The notes under the pieces are model-generated. The model worked only from the letters and a program-made list of their open reading frames with translations, did not search any database and had not been told where the DNA came from. A DNA stretch of 64,000 nucleotides, taken from assembly GCA_964497425.1 (NCBI GenBank), contig CAZCCR010000002.1, forward strand, positions 40,336-104,335, written 5' to 3'. The stretch comes from an uncultured Gaiellales bacterium (GTDB lineage Bacteria > Actinomycetota > Thermoleophilia > BMS3ABIN01). Shown in pieces: positions 20,855 through 29,379 of this stretch; position 1 is the first letter of the stretch, and each line of letters opens with the position of its first letter. A program made the position numbers and the translations under genes.

Positions 20855-21118
20855 CTACCTGTGCAGTGACAGGCGGTAAGCGCAAACCGGCGTCGCCGTG
20901 GTGTTCATGCCCGTCCGGCGGCTCCCATCCCCGGGGAAGGCGTTGCCCGGGATGCTCGTGACAGTGGTCCCTTCCACCGTATCCGGCAGCCGGCCGGCCC
21001 CGCCCGGTGAGACAGCCCAGTCTGAATACATGAAGTAGCCTGGTTCCGGTTTTCGGGGATGGTAGACCGCGGTGGCCAGCAGGCCGTCATGACGGGTGAG
21101 ATAGGAATCCGCCCTCAT
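20855..21118 (-). CDS. Hypothetical 87-aa ORF in the gap where murE would normally sit; possibly non-coding
   Basis: Only ORF in the 338-bp ftsI-murF gap, no recognisable motifs. Confidence 0.15.
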   Translation of the reverse strand: MRADSYLTRHDGLLATAVYHPRKPEPGYFMYSDWAVSPGGAGRLPDTVEGTTVTSIPGNAFPGDGSRRTGMNTTATPVCAYRLSLHR

Positions 21119-21188
21119 CTGCCTGTAATTCTATAACATTGCATGGCCGCCGGCATCCTGTCACCGCGATTGTGGCCATCGCCCGTTG

Positions 21189-22853
21189 TCATGGCGCTAT
21201 GCTCATCTTCTGCAGGGTGAACTGGGCTATCTTCTGGAAAGCGGGAGCCGCCACCGTGGAGCCTCCGCCGAAGGGATGGGGTTCGTCCACCATCACCAGG
21301 ATAACGACCTTGGGGTCCGACGCCGGGGCGAAGCCGATGAACGAGCCTATGTAGTTCTCGTTGGAGTAGCCGCTGCCGTCGGGCAGGGGCTTCTGCGCCG
21401 TGCCGGTCTTGCCCGCCACCTGGTAGCCCTCCACCCGTGCCAGCGGTGCACCGGCGCCTTCCACCACAGTGGTGAGGTACTGCCTGAGCAGCATGGTCGT
21501 GCGTTCGCTGATCAGGCGTTCCCCCGCCTCAGGTAGAACCGGCTCATCACCGACACGATAGACCAGGTGGGGCGTGACGGCGGTGCCGCCGTTGGCGATC
21601 ACGCAATATGCCGTGGCCATCTGGATCGCCGTCACCGACACGCCCTGTCCGATCGGCACGTTGCCGATGGTGGAACCCGACCACTGGTCCACTGGCAGCA
21701 GGATGCCTTCCGCCTCGCCGGGGAAGTCTATCCCCGTGGGAGAGCCGAACCCCAGCTTGCGGATCCAGCCGTCCAGCCTCTCCGCGCCCTCCCTCATGCC
21801 GACAGTCACGGCGCCGATGTTGCTGGAGTTCTCCAGTATGGTCTCCAGGTCCCAGTCCACGGGTCCGCGCGAATAGGCGTCCTGGATGGTATGGCCGCCC
21901 AGCTCCAGGGTGACCGGCAGGTGCAGCTTCTGCCCCGGCGCCACCGCTCCGTCTTCCAGGCCGGCCGTGGCAGTGAAGGCCTTGAAGACGGAACCGGGCT
22001 CGTAGGTGTCGGTGACTGCCCGGTTGCGCCGGGCCTCGTCGGGCAGGCGGGCGAAATCATTGGCGTCCGCCGTGGGCACGTTGGCCATTGCGTATATCTC
22101 GCCCGTATCCGGGTTCATGATGATGGCTTCCGCGCCCTTGGCGTGCCACTTCTCGACGGTCTCGCTCAGCACCTTCTCCGCCTCGAACTGCAGCGACTGG
22201 TCGATGGTCAGCCAGATGTCACTGCCGCGCTCGCCTTCATCCAGGCTGAGCATCTCGATATGGTTGCCGCCGGCGTCGGTGATCACCCGCTCACGGCCGC
22301 CGGTTCCTGCCAGAGTCTCATCCATCTGCAACTCCATCCCCGCCAGCCCCCGGTTATCGGTGCCGGCAAACCCCAGCACCTGCGCCGCCAGCGACCCCTG
22401 GGGATAGACCCGCTTCTCCTCTGTCATCACCCCCAGGCCGGCGATGCCCTCCGCTTCCACGGCATCGGCCACCTCCGGGTCGACCTTGCGCGCCACGTAG
22501 GCGAAGCCGGCGTCCTGGTCGGACAGGGTCGCCAGCAGGTCGTTCTCGTCCATCCCCAGGATAGGGGCGAGCCGCCGGGCCACATCCAGCGGGTCATCGA
22601 TGAGGTAGGGGGTGGCGTAGATGGTCCTGGTCTCCTGCCCCACGGCCAGTTCGTTGCCGAAACGGTCATAGATGGTACCGCGCTGGGCGGGAAGCTCTAT
22701 CTGCTGGACATGCTGCTCGTCGGCGAGAGCGGAGAGCTCGTCGGCGTTCACCGCCTGGAGGAACACCGCCCTGACGAGGATGGCGCAGAAGAATATCGAG
22801 AAACTGAGAAGAATCCAGCGAATCCGCCTGTCCGGATTGCCTGTCACTCTCAT
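21189..22853 (-). CDS. ftsI: Class B penicillin-binding protein / septal transpeptidase FtsI
   Basis: N-terminal TM anchor, PBP dimer domain, transpeptidase SxxK/SxN/KTG(T) motifs (STVAAPAF...KTGTAQ). Confidence 0.9.
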   Translation of the reverse strand: MRVTGNPDRRIRWILLSFSIFFCAILVRAVFLQAVNADELSALADEQHVQQIELPAQRGTIYDRFGNELAVGQETRTIYATPYLIDDPLDVARRLAPILGMDENDLLATLSDQDAGFAYVARKVDPEVADAVEAEGIAGLGVMTEEKRVYPQGSLAAQVLGFAGTDNRGLAGMELQMDETLAGTGGRERVITDAGGNHIEMLSLDEGERGSDIWLTIDQSLQFEAEKVLSETVEKWHAKGAEAIIMNPDTGEIYAMANVPTADANDFARLPDEARRNRAVTDTYEPGSVFKAFTATAGLEDGAVAPGQKLHLPVTLELGGHTIQDAYSRGPVDWDLETILENSSNIGAVTVGMREGAERLDGWIRKLGFGSPTGIDFPGEAEGILLPVDQWSGSTIGNVPIGQGVSVTAIQMATAYCVIANGGTAVTPHLVYRVGDEPVLPEAGERLISERTTMLLRQYLTTVVEGAGAPLARVEGYQVAGKTGTAQKPLPDGSGYSNENYIGSFIGFAPASDPKVVILVMVDEPHPFGGGSTVAAPAFQKIAQFTLQKMSIAP

Positions 22854-23342
22854 CTAGGGGGACGCCGCCGTTCCGTAGCCGGCTTCCTCCGGGGTGTCGA
22901 GCAGGGCGTAGTCCCGCCCGGGTCCTGAGGGGCCGATGTAGACATAGGCGAGGGTTTCGGGAGGCACCATACCCAGCGGGCCGGTGGCTATCTGTTCGAT
23001 GCGCTCAGGAGAACTCAGCGCCGCCACCTCGCTGGCGAGCCGGGAGTTATCGGATGCCAGCTGGTTCTTCTGCTCCACCAGCTGGTTGTATTCCAGGTTC
23101 TTCTTCAGGATGCCCACGTGCAGAGCCACCAGGCCGATCAGGCAGATGGCCACAGCCGTGAGCCACAGGCTGACGTGCATCATGCGCCGGGGGCGCTGAT
23201 CGCCCCGCCCGGCAAGGGTGAGGAGGGGGCGCGGGCGCCGGGGACGGCGTTCGCGCTTCCTGGCCGGCAGCCGCCGCGCCGGCCGCTCGAAGGCGGCGGT
23301 TATCTCGCTGAAACCCCAGTCCTTTTGTGTAACTCCGGTCAC
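22854..23342 (-). CDS. ftsL: FtsL-like septum formation protein (single TM plus coiled coil)
   Basis: 162 aa, one TM helix followed by a leucine-zipper-like coiled coil; sits between rsmH and ftsI. Confidence 0.65.
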   Translation of the reverse strand: MTGVTQKDWGFSEITAAFERPARRLPARKRERRPRRPRPLLTLAGRGDQRPRRMMHVSLWLTAVAICLIGLVALHVGILKKNLEYNQLVEQKNQLASDNSRLASEVAALSSPERIEQIATGPLGMVPPETLAYVYIGPSGPGRDYALLDTPEEAGYGTAASP

Positions 23343-23343
23343 T

Positions 23344-24318
23344 TTACCCCTGTCCCAGTTTCTCTGCGGCCCTCAACTTTGCCGACTGCGACCGCGGGTT
23401 CTCCCCCGCTTCCCGTTCCGATGGCGTCACCGGCTTGCGGGTCAGGACCCTGATGGAGGCCTGGGCGCCGCATACACACTGGGGCAGACCCGGCGGGCAT
23501 TCGCATCGGCCTACATGGGAGTTGAAGAAACGCTTGACCATGCGGTCCTCCAGTGAATGGAAACTTATCACCGCCAGGCACCCACCGGGCGCCAGCAGGT
23601 CCAGAGCCAGGGAGAGCCCCCGCTCCAGGGACGCCAGCTCGTTGTTTATCTCTATCCTCAGGGCCTGGAAGACGCGGCGCGCCGGGTGTCCGGCCCCAAA
23701 CCTGGCCGGTGTCGGTATCGCCGCCTTCACCGTATCCACCAGCTGCAGGGTGGTCTCGAAGGGTCGCTTCTCCCGCTCGCGGCAGACACGCCGGGCGATC
23801 TGGCGGGAGTAGCGCTCCTCGCCGAACTCGCGGAACAGCCGCACCAGGTCCTCGTATGGATATTCATTGACGACCTGCCTGGCCGTCAGGGAGCTCTCCG
23901 GGTCCATGCGCATGTCCAGAGGTGCGTTATAGCTGTAGGAGAAGCCTCGCTCCGGCCGGTCCAGCTGCATGGAGGAGACGCCCAGGTCCATGTAGATAAG
24001 GTCGACGGCCAGACCCTTCTCGCCCATATCCAGCAGGGCGTCGGCGAAGTTGCCCTGCACGAAGCGGCAGCGGCATGCCTGTGCCTGCTCGAAGGCGTCG
24101 AAGTACCTCCTGGCTACGGGATCGCGGTCGATGCCGACGAACACGGCCGACTCGTCCAGCAGCTCAGCCACCCGGCGAGCGTGGCCGCCGGCGCCGAAGG
24201 TGCAGTCGATGACCGTGTCATCAGGCTGGGGGTCGAGCAGTTCCACCAGTTCGTCGGCGAGGACGGGCTGGTGCGCCCCCTCTGATGATGCTTCCCAGGC
24301 GCTGTCGTTCAACTGCAT
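23344..24318 (-). CDS. rsmH: 16S rRNA m4C1402 methyltransferase RsmH (MraW)
   Basis: SAM-binding DCTFGAGGH, ~320 aa, conserved second gene of the dcw cluster. Confidence 0.9.
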   Translation of the reverse strand: MQLNDSAWEASSEGAHQPVLADELVELLDPQPDDTVIDCTFGAGGHARRVAELLDESAVFVGIDRDPVARRYFDAFEQAQACRCRFVQGNFADALLDMGEKGLAVDLIYMDLGVSSMQLDRPERGFSYSYNAPLDMRMDPESSLTARQVVNEYPYEDLVRLFREFGEERYSRQIARRVCREREKRPFETTLQLVDTVKAAIPTPARFGAGHPARRVFQALRIEINNELASLERGLSLALDLLAPGGCLAVISFHSLEDRMVKRFFNSHVGRCECPPGLPQCVCGAQASIRVLTRKPVTPSEREAGENPRSQSAKLRAAEKLGQG

Positions 24319-24354
24319 GCTCCCTCTCCCTTGGTCACGGGCCGGCGCCGGCCC

Positions 24355-24786
24355 CTAGGACTGCCGCGCCTGTTCCCGTTTTTTGGTTTCCGCCCTGTAG
24401 GCGTTCCACCGCTTGAGGTCCCAGATCTCGAACCTGTTCCTCACACCCACGAAGATGACTTCCTTGCCGATGCCGGCGACCTTGATATGGTTGGGCTTGA
24501 GGCAGACACGACCCTGCTTGTCCATCTCGCACTTGGCCATGGAACCGAAGAACTTCCGTTCGATGGCCAGGTCCTCGGCGCTTTCGATAAAGTCCAGCCC
24601 CGCCAGCTTCTTCTCCGCCAGCTTCTCCCACTCCGACTCCGGGAAGGCCTGCAGGCAGCCGTCGAAGGATTCCATTATCACGACCTTCTCCTTGCCGATG
24701 GCTTCGCGGAACTCTGCAGGAATAGCCACCCTGTGTTTCGAATCTAATGAGTGTTTGTGTTGTCCCCAAAACTTGTAAGTCGGCAT
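24355..24786 (-). CDS. mraZ: Transcriptional regulator MraZ
   Basis: Two tandem SpoVT/AbrB-like MraZ domains (HSLDSKHRVAIP and KQGRVCLKPNH), 143 aa. Confidence 0.9.
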   Translation of the reverse strand: MPTYKFWGQHKHSLDSKHRVAIPAEFREAIGKEKVVIMESFDGCLQAFPESEWEKLAEKKLAGLDFIESAEDLAIERKFFGSMAKCEMDKQGRVCLKPNHIKVAGIGKEVIFVGVRNRFEIWDLKRWNAYRAETKKREQARQS

Positions 24787-24811
24787 GATTCTCAGGTCGG
24801 CTTCCCATGAT

Positions 24812-24845
24812 TGTTCCCCACTTTATACCACTGTTCCCCACTTGA
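24812..24845 (-). promoter_or_regulatory. Putative MraZ operator: three GTGG(G/T) direct repeats at 10-nt spacing (aaGTGGGGaacaGTGGTAtaaaGTGGGGaaca on the gene strand), ~30-60 nt upstream of mraZ
   Basis: Direct-repeat motif read on the minus strand. Matches the described MraZ binding-site architecture (GTGGG-type repeats with 10-bp periodicity) in the mraZ promoter region. Confidence 0.55.
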
Positions 24846-25218
24846 CAAGCATTTTCATCTAAAAAAACCGCCCTTTTCACCAAAAAAATCCATAAAAATG
24901 CCAGAAAATGCGCAAATTTCATTGCAAAGGGCTGAATTGAGGCAGTTCGTTGCAGAATCCGGCCATGCCATGCCCCACCGTTCCCCCCGCCCCGAACCCC
25001 GCCGGGAGCGGCCTGGAGAGACCGCGGGTATGACGTCGCGGAGCTGTAGCCTCGGCGGGAAGCGGCTGTGGAAGGGGACCGGCCGGCGTTCCACGGTCGA
25101 GTGTGGGGAAGGCAACCCGGCGGGGCGCAAGGGTGAAGGCTCGGGGAGGGGTGAGCCAGGGCGTTGGGGTGAGATGTGGGGAGGAGTGGGCCCCGGCGCG
25201 ACGGGTCGCGCCCGGCGC

Positions 25219-25815
25219 TCAGGGAAGCTCAGGCGCGTTGGCGCTGCTGCCGGGGTTGTCCTGTTCGGCCATCAGCTGCTTGGCCACATGGCCGTAACGA
25301 TTGGTGGGGTTTATATCGTAGGCCTTCTGCCACAGGTCCCTGGCCTCTTCCTGCCTGCCTGACTGGGCATAGATGTTCCCCAGGTCCAGCAGTATCGGCT
25401 GGTAGCTGCCGTCGATGGACAGGCCCGTCTCAAGTTCACGGATGGCGATATCGACCATGCCCATGGCGTAGTAGGCCTCACCGAGCTGTCCATGGAAGGA
25501 GGCCTGGCTGCCGTCGATGTCGATGGCCTGGTTGAACTGATCCACGGCTTCGGAGTAGCGGCCGGTGCTCAGGTAGACCTCTCCCAGCCCGGCATAGGCC
25601 ACGGCATCGCTGGGGTTGGCCGCTATCAGGCCCTGGTACGCCTCGATCTGAGGGGTATAGTCGACGGGTTCCGATTGCATGGCCGCCAGGTCTTCGGCGG
25701 AATGGGGAGATGAGTTCTCGTCACCACCGGTGATGACGTTGGGCAGGACCACCAGAACCGCTACCAGCACTATCACCGCAGCGATTATTCCCCAGTAATA
25801 AGACTTGAAACCCAA
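25219..25815 (-). CDS. Membrane-anchored TPR-repeat protein
   Basis: N-terminal TM helix then about four TPR units (AYAGLGEVYLSTGRYSEAV...). Confidence 0.7.
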   Translation of the reverse strand: MGFKSYYWGIIAAVIVLVAVLVVLPNVITGGDENSSPHSAEDLAAMQSEPVDYTPQIEAYQGLIAANPSDAVAYAGLGEVYLSTGRYSEAVDQFNQAIDIDGSQASFHGQLGEAYYAMGMVDIAIRELETGLSIDGSYQPILLDLGNIYAQSGRQEEARDLWQKAYDINPTNRYGHVAKQLMAEQDNPGSSANAPELP

Positions 25816-25985
25816 AGGCGCACCTCCGGAAGGAAAGCTGTGAAGTCGACCATCACAATTATACCTGAAAGCCGGGGCGATCTCGCCCGCTGATGCGGAG
25901 CGCTGATGTTAAGTATTGTTAAGGCGCCCGCGGGAAGACCCGGTCCTTCGTCCTGTCTTTCCCGGCGGCCGCCCGGCCGGCGTTC

Positions 25986-26774
25986 TTATACGCCCTGATT
26001 GAATATGCCAAGGTAGAGGTCGAGCAGCCGGCTACCCGCAAGCAGGGCAATGATCCCTCCCAAAGCCAGGAAAGGGCCGAAGGGTACGCGGCTCTTGCGC
26101 CCCTTCCTGCCCATGGCCATCAGGGCCAGGCCCGCCAGCGCCCCGGTGAGGAAGCCGATGAACAGTGCCACCAGTATGGAGGTGCCCAGGTAGAAGCCCA
26201 TCATCCCCGCCAGCTTCACGTCCCCCATACCCATGCCGCCGGGTTTGACGAAGGCGATGAGGAGGAAGAAGGCGGCGCTGATTACACCCGCCAGCAGCAG
26301 TTCCAGCCAGCGCCCGGGCTCGATGGCGATCATCGACACCAGCCCGACCGCTGCCACCGGCAGCACGATGACGTTGGGGATGATGTAATGCTCCAGGTCG
26401 ATGAAGAAGACGGCGATGAGGGTGGATATGAACAGCAGCGCCGGATACAGCTCCGGCCCCAGCCCCAGCACCAGACCCGCCAGCAGATAGAGGGAGGCGT
26501 TGGCAAACTCCACCAGCGGATAGCGGATGGGGATACTCTCGCCGCAGCGGCGGCACCTGCCCCGCAGCAGCGCGTAGCTGACCAGGGGGATGTTGTCGTA
26601 CCAGGCGATGGGCCGCTCGCAGCCGGGGCAGTGCGAGCCCGGAGAGACGAGGGAGCCCAGCTGTGCCCGCCAGCCTTCGGCCCGCGGCAGCCGGTGGATG
26701 ACCACGTTGAGGAAGCTGCCGATGACGGCGCCGAAGACGAAGAGGATGATCAGGACCGGGGCCACGACGCCCAT
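25986..26774 (-). CDS. pilD: Type IV prepilin peptidase (A24 family); start at MGVVAP
   Basis: N-terminal CxxC...CxxC zinc box (CPGCERP...CRRCGES) followed by a polytopic A24 peptidase domain with conserved Asp residues. Confidence 0.8.
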   Translation of the reverse strand: MGVVAPVLIILFVFGAVIGSFLNVVIHRLPRAEGWRAQLGSLVSPGSHCPGCERPIAWYDNIPLVSYALLRGRCRRCGESIPIRYPLVEFANASLYLLAGLVLGLGPELYPALLFISTLIAVFFIDLEHYIIPNVIVLPVAAVGLVSMIAIEPGRWLELLLAGVISAAFFLLIAFVKPGGMGMGDVKLAGMMGFYLGTSILVALFIGFLTGALAGLALMAMGRKGRKSRVPFGPFLALGGIIALLAGSRLLDLYLGIFNQGV

Positions 26775-27430
26775 CAATTGGCCGGATCGAGCACTATTAT
26801 CCTGGGGCCCGGCGGCAGGTCTCCCGGATCCAGGGTCACCTCGCTGGCGCCCGCCTGGACCACATCCTTCTTGCCGGCGAGGAAAGCATCCACGCCGTCG
26901 ATATCGAAGAGACACTTCTCATTGCGGAAGTGCATGGGTATGGCGACCCTGGGGTTGAGCTGTTGCCAGACCCTGGTCGCAGTGGCGGCGTCGATAGTGA
27001 AGAAGCCGCCTACCGGGATGAGCAGGATGTCGACGGCGCCGATCCGGGCCGTCTGCTCCGGGTCCAGTTCATGTCCCAGGTCTCCCAGGTGACAGACGCT
27101 GGCGCCGTCGACAGTGAAGATGAACACCGTGTTCCCGCCCCTGAGGGCGCCGGCCTCGGTGTCGTGACAGGTCTCCACGCCGCGGATGCCGAACCCTTCC
27201 GCCTCCCGCGGTTCGGCGGTGGTCACTATCAGGGGCGTGCCGCCCACGGCTTCGATGTTGCCATGGTCGGCATGGCCGTGGCTGGCGGTGACCACGTCGG
27301 GAGATTCGTCGATAGGTCGGTAGAGCAGGGTGTCTGGATAGGCCCCGGTGTCATAAGGGTCCGTCAGCAGGGTAGCGCCTGAAGCTGAAGTTATCAGGAA
27401 ACAGCTGTGTCCCAACCACTTGATCCTCAT
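26774..27430 (-). CDS. MBL-fold metallo-hydrolase (UPF0173-like)
   Basis: MRIKWLGHSCFLI...TDPY and HGHADH metal-binding motifs. Confidence 0.75.
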   Translation of the reverse strand: MRIKWLGHSCFLITSASGATLLTDPYDTGAYPDTLLYRPIDESPDVVTASHGHADHGNIEAVGGTPLIVTTAEPREAEGFGIRGVETCHDTEAGALRGGNTVFIFTVDGASVCHLGDLGHELDPEQTARIGAVDILLIPVGGFFTIDAATATRVWQQLNPRVAIPMHFRNEKCLFDIDGVDAFLAGKKDVVQAGASEVTLDPGDLPPGPRIIVLDPAN

Positions 27431-27502
27431 TCCGGCCTCCTCCCTCCGATGATAGCGTCATCCGACCATCGCCGGCAGTCGATGGTGCACCGCCGGCGGC
27501 AC

Positions 27503-28360
27503 TCACATCTCGTCCGGCAACCCCTCCAGTTCCGCCATGGAGAAGACGGGACCGTCGACGCAGACGTACTCCGGGCCCACGTTGCACCGTCCGCAAAGGC
27601 CGATGCCGCACTTCATCCGCCGCTCCAGTGTAGTGTATATCTGCCCGGGGGAGAAGCCCATCTTCTCCAGGCTCTCCAGCACGTAGCGGATCATCACCGG
27701 CGGGCCGCAGGTCACGGCGATATTGTTCTCCGGCGACGGGCCCTCTTCCTCCAGCACCGCCGGCACCAGGCCCACGCGCCCCTCCCAGTCGGGATGACCC
27801 GTGTCTATGGTGGTGATGAAATCCACGCCACTGCCCTGCTCCCAGTCGCGACAGTCGTCGAGGTAGCAGATGTCCCGGGGCGTGCGGGCGCCGTAGATGA
27901 GCTGCAGGTCGGCGTAGTCTTCACGGTGGTCCAGCAGGTGCAGAAAGAGCGACCGCAGGGGGGCCATGCCGATGCCGCCGCCGATGACCAGGATGCTCTT
28001 GCCTTTCCATAGGTCCACAGGGAAATGGTTGCCCATGGGCGCGCGCACCGTCACCCTGTCCCCAACGGACAGCTCGTGGATGGCGGTGGTGACCACTCCC
28101 GTCTTCATCACCGAGAACTGCAGGTACTCCCGCTCCGACGGCGGCGAGGCGATGGCGAAGGTGGACTCACCAGCGCCGGGGATGCCCAGCTGACCCGTCT
28201 GGCCCGGCAGGAAGCTGAATGACTGCATCAGCTCCCGGTCCTCGAAGGCCACCCGCAACGACTTGATGTTATGGGTCTCCCTGATGATGTCCAGCACCTC
28301 AGCCGTCTCCGGCGTCAACGGCCGGGAGGCCTCCATGCCCTTCCGCGGGATAGTCGACAT
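27503..28360 (-). CDS. flxA: FlxA-like NAD(P)H:flavin oxidoreductase subunit (FAD/NAD-binding plus C-terminal [2Fe-2S]; AsrB/HydG-like)
   Basis: Ferredoxin-reductase-type FAD/NAD fold, C-terminal CGIGLCGRCNV cluster motif. Last gene of the hdr-flx run. Confidence 0.7.
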   Translation of the reverse strand: MSTIPRKGMEASRPLTPETAEVLDIIRETHNIKSLRVAFEDRELMQSFSFLPGQTGQLGIPGAGESTFAIASPPSEREYLQFSVMKTGVVTTAIHELSVGDRVTVRAPMGNHFPVDLWKGKSILVIGGGIGMAPLRSLFLHLLDHREDYADLQLIYGARTPRDICYLDDCRDWEQGSGVDFITTIDTGHPDWEGRVGLVPAVLEEEGPSPENNIAVTCGPPVMIRYVLESLEKMGFSPGQIYTTLERRMKCGIGLCGRCNVGPEYVCVDGPVFSMAELEGLPDEM

Positions 28361-29379
28361 CAGTACTCACCCGCCCTTCTGATCACGTCGCGGATGTCCA
28401 GCCCCACGGGACAGCCGCGGATGCAACGGCCGCAGCCGGTACAGAGGATCGGCCCCTGGCGTGACGGATAGTAGCTGAACTTGTGGCCGATGCGATTGCG
28501 GTAGCGGTGGGCGATGGTCGGACGCGGGTTGTGCCCCGATGTCTCCAGCGTGTAGAGGAAGAACATGCAGGCGTCCCAGCTGCGACAGCGCTCGCCCTCG
28601 CGCCGGCCGGTCATCTCGTCGAACATGTTGAAACAGTAGCATGTGGGACAGGTGAAGGTGCAGTAGCCGCAGGAGACGCAGCGTGCGGTCACCTCGTCCC
28701 AGAAATCCAGGTCGGCGAATATATCACCCGTCAGCTTCTCCTCGAGCTCCTTCATGGGCACCTGGTCGTTGACCGCCAGCGGGGGCGGCTCCAGGTCGCT
28801 CTCCTCCCAGACTCCCAGCTGAAGCAGCTCCTCCCCGCGGGGACTGGACGCCCGCGCCAGGTAGCCGTCTCCGGCGGGGTATAGGATCACGTCCGACCCT
28901 TCGCTCGAGGCCGTGCCCTCCTCCCATGATGAGCAGAAGCAGGCGGCGTCCGCCTGCGTACAGGCCAGGGTGATCACCGTGAGGCCGCGCCGTCTCGAGC
29001 TGTATCCGGGGTCCTGGTATGACTTGCCCGGCGGTGGGTCGAAGAGGGCGTCCAGCACCGTCAGGGCGCGCGCGTCGCAGACGCGCGCGCCGAAGAGGAA
29101 CCTCTCTCCCTCCCCGTACCGCGGATCCGACAGCTCCAGCCGGTCGCCCTCCTCCGTCATGGCGTAACTGAAATCCATCAGCTTCTCCGTCGCCGGCAGC
29201 ACCAGCTCCTTGGCGGAGAGGGTGGTGAAACGCTCCAGTTCCAGGGAGGCGCCGGGCCGCCAGGGCCGGAAGAGGACCGTACCGGCGGCGCCATCCATCT
29301 GCCGCGGCGCCCAGACCTCTCCGCGGTCCGCCAAGGCGGTGAGTAGCCGGTCGATGTCGTCCGTGGCGATATATCTCAT
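28360..29379 (-). CDS. flxB: FlxB-like iron-sulfur subunit (AsrA/HydB-like, two [4Fe-4S] motifs); start approximate
   Basis: CVSCGYCTFTCPTCYC and CTGCGRCIRGCPVG motifs. Confidence 0.65.
   Translation of the reverse strand: MRYIATDDIDRLLTALADRGEVWAPRQMDGAAGTVLFRPWRPGASLELERFTTLSAKELVLPATEKLMDFSYAMTEEGDRLELSDPRYGEGERFLFGARVCDARALTVLDALFDPPPGKSYQDPGYSSRRRGLTVITLACTQADAACFCSSWEEGTASSEGSDVILYPAGDGYLARASSPRGEELLQLGVWEESDLEPPPLAVNDQVPMKELEEKLTGDIFADLDFWDEVTARCVSCGYCTFTCPTCYCFNMFDEMTGRREGERCRSWDACMFFLYTLETSGHNPRPTIAHRYRNRIGHKFSYYPSRQGPILCTGCGRCIRGCPVGLDIRDVIRRAGEY

Noticed and set aside
20855-21118. 87-aa ORF as a murE remnant
   Set aside because: Far too short (MurE is ~500 aa) and shows no Mur-ligase motifs. 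Retained only as a low-confidence hypothetical.
21567-22928. 453-aa plus-strand ORF
   Set aside because: Antisense to ftsI; no domain signatures.
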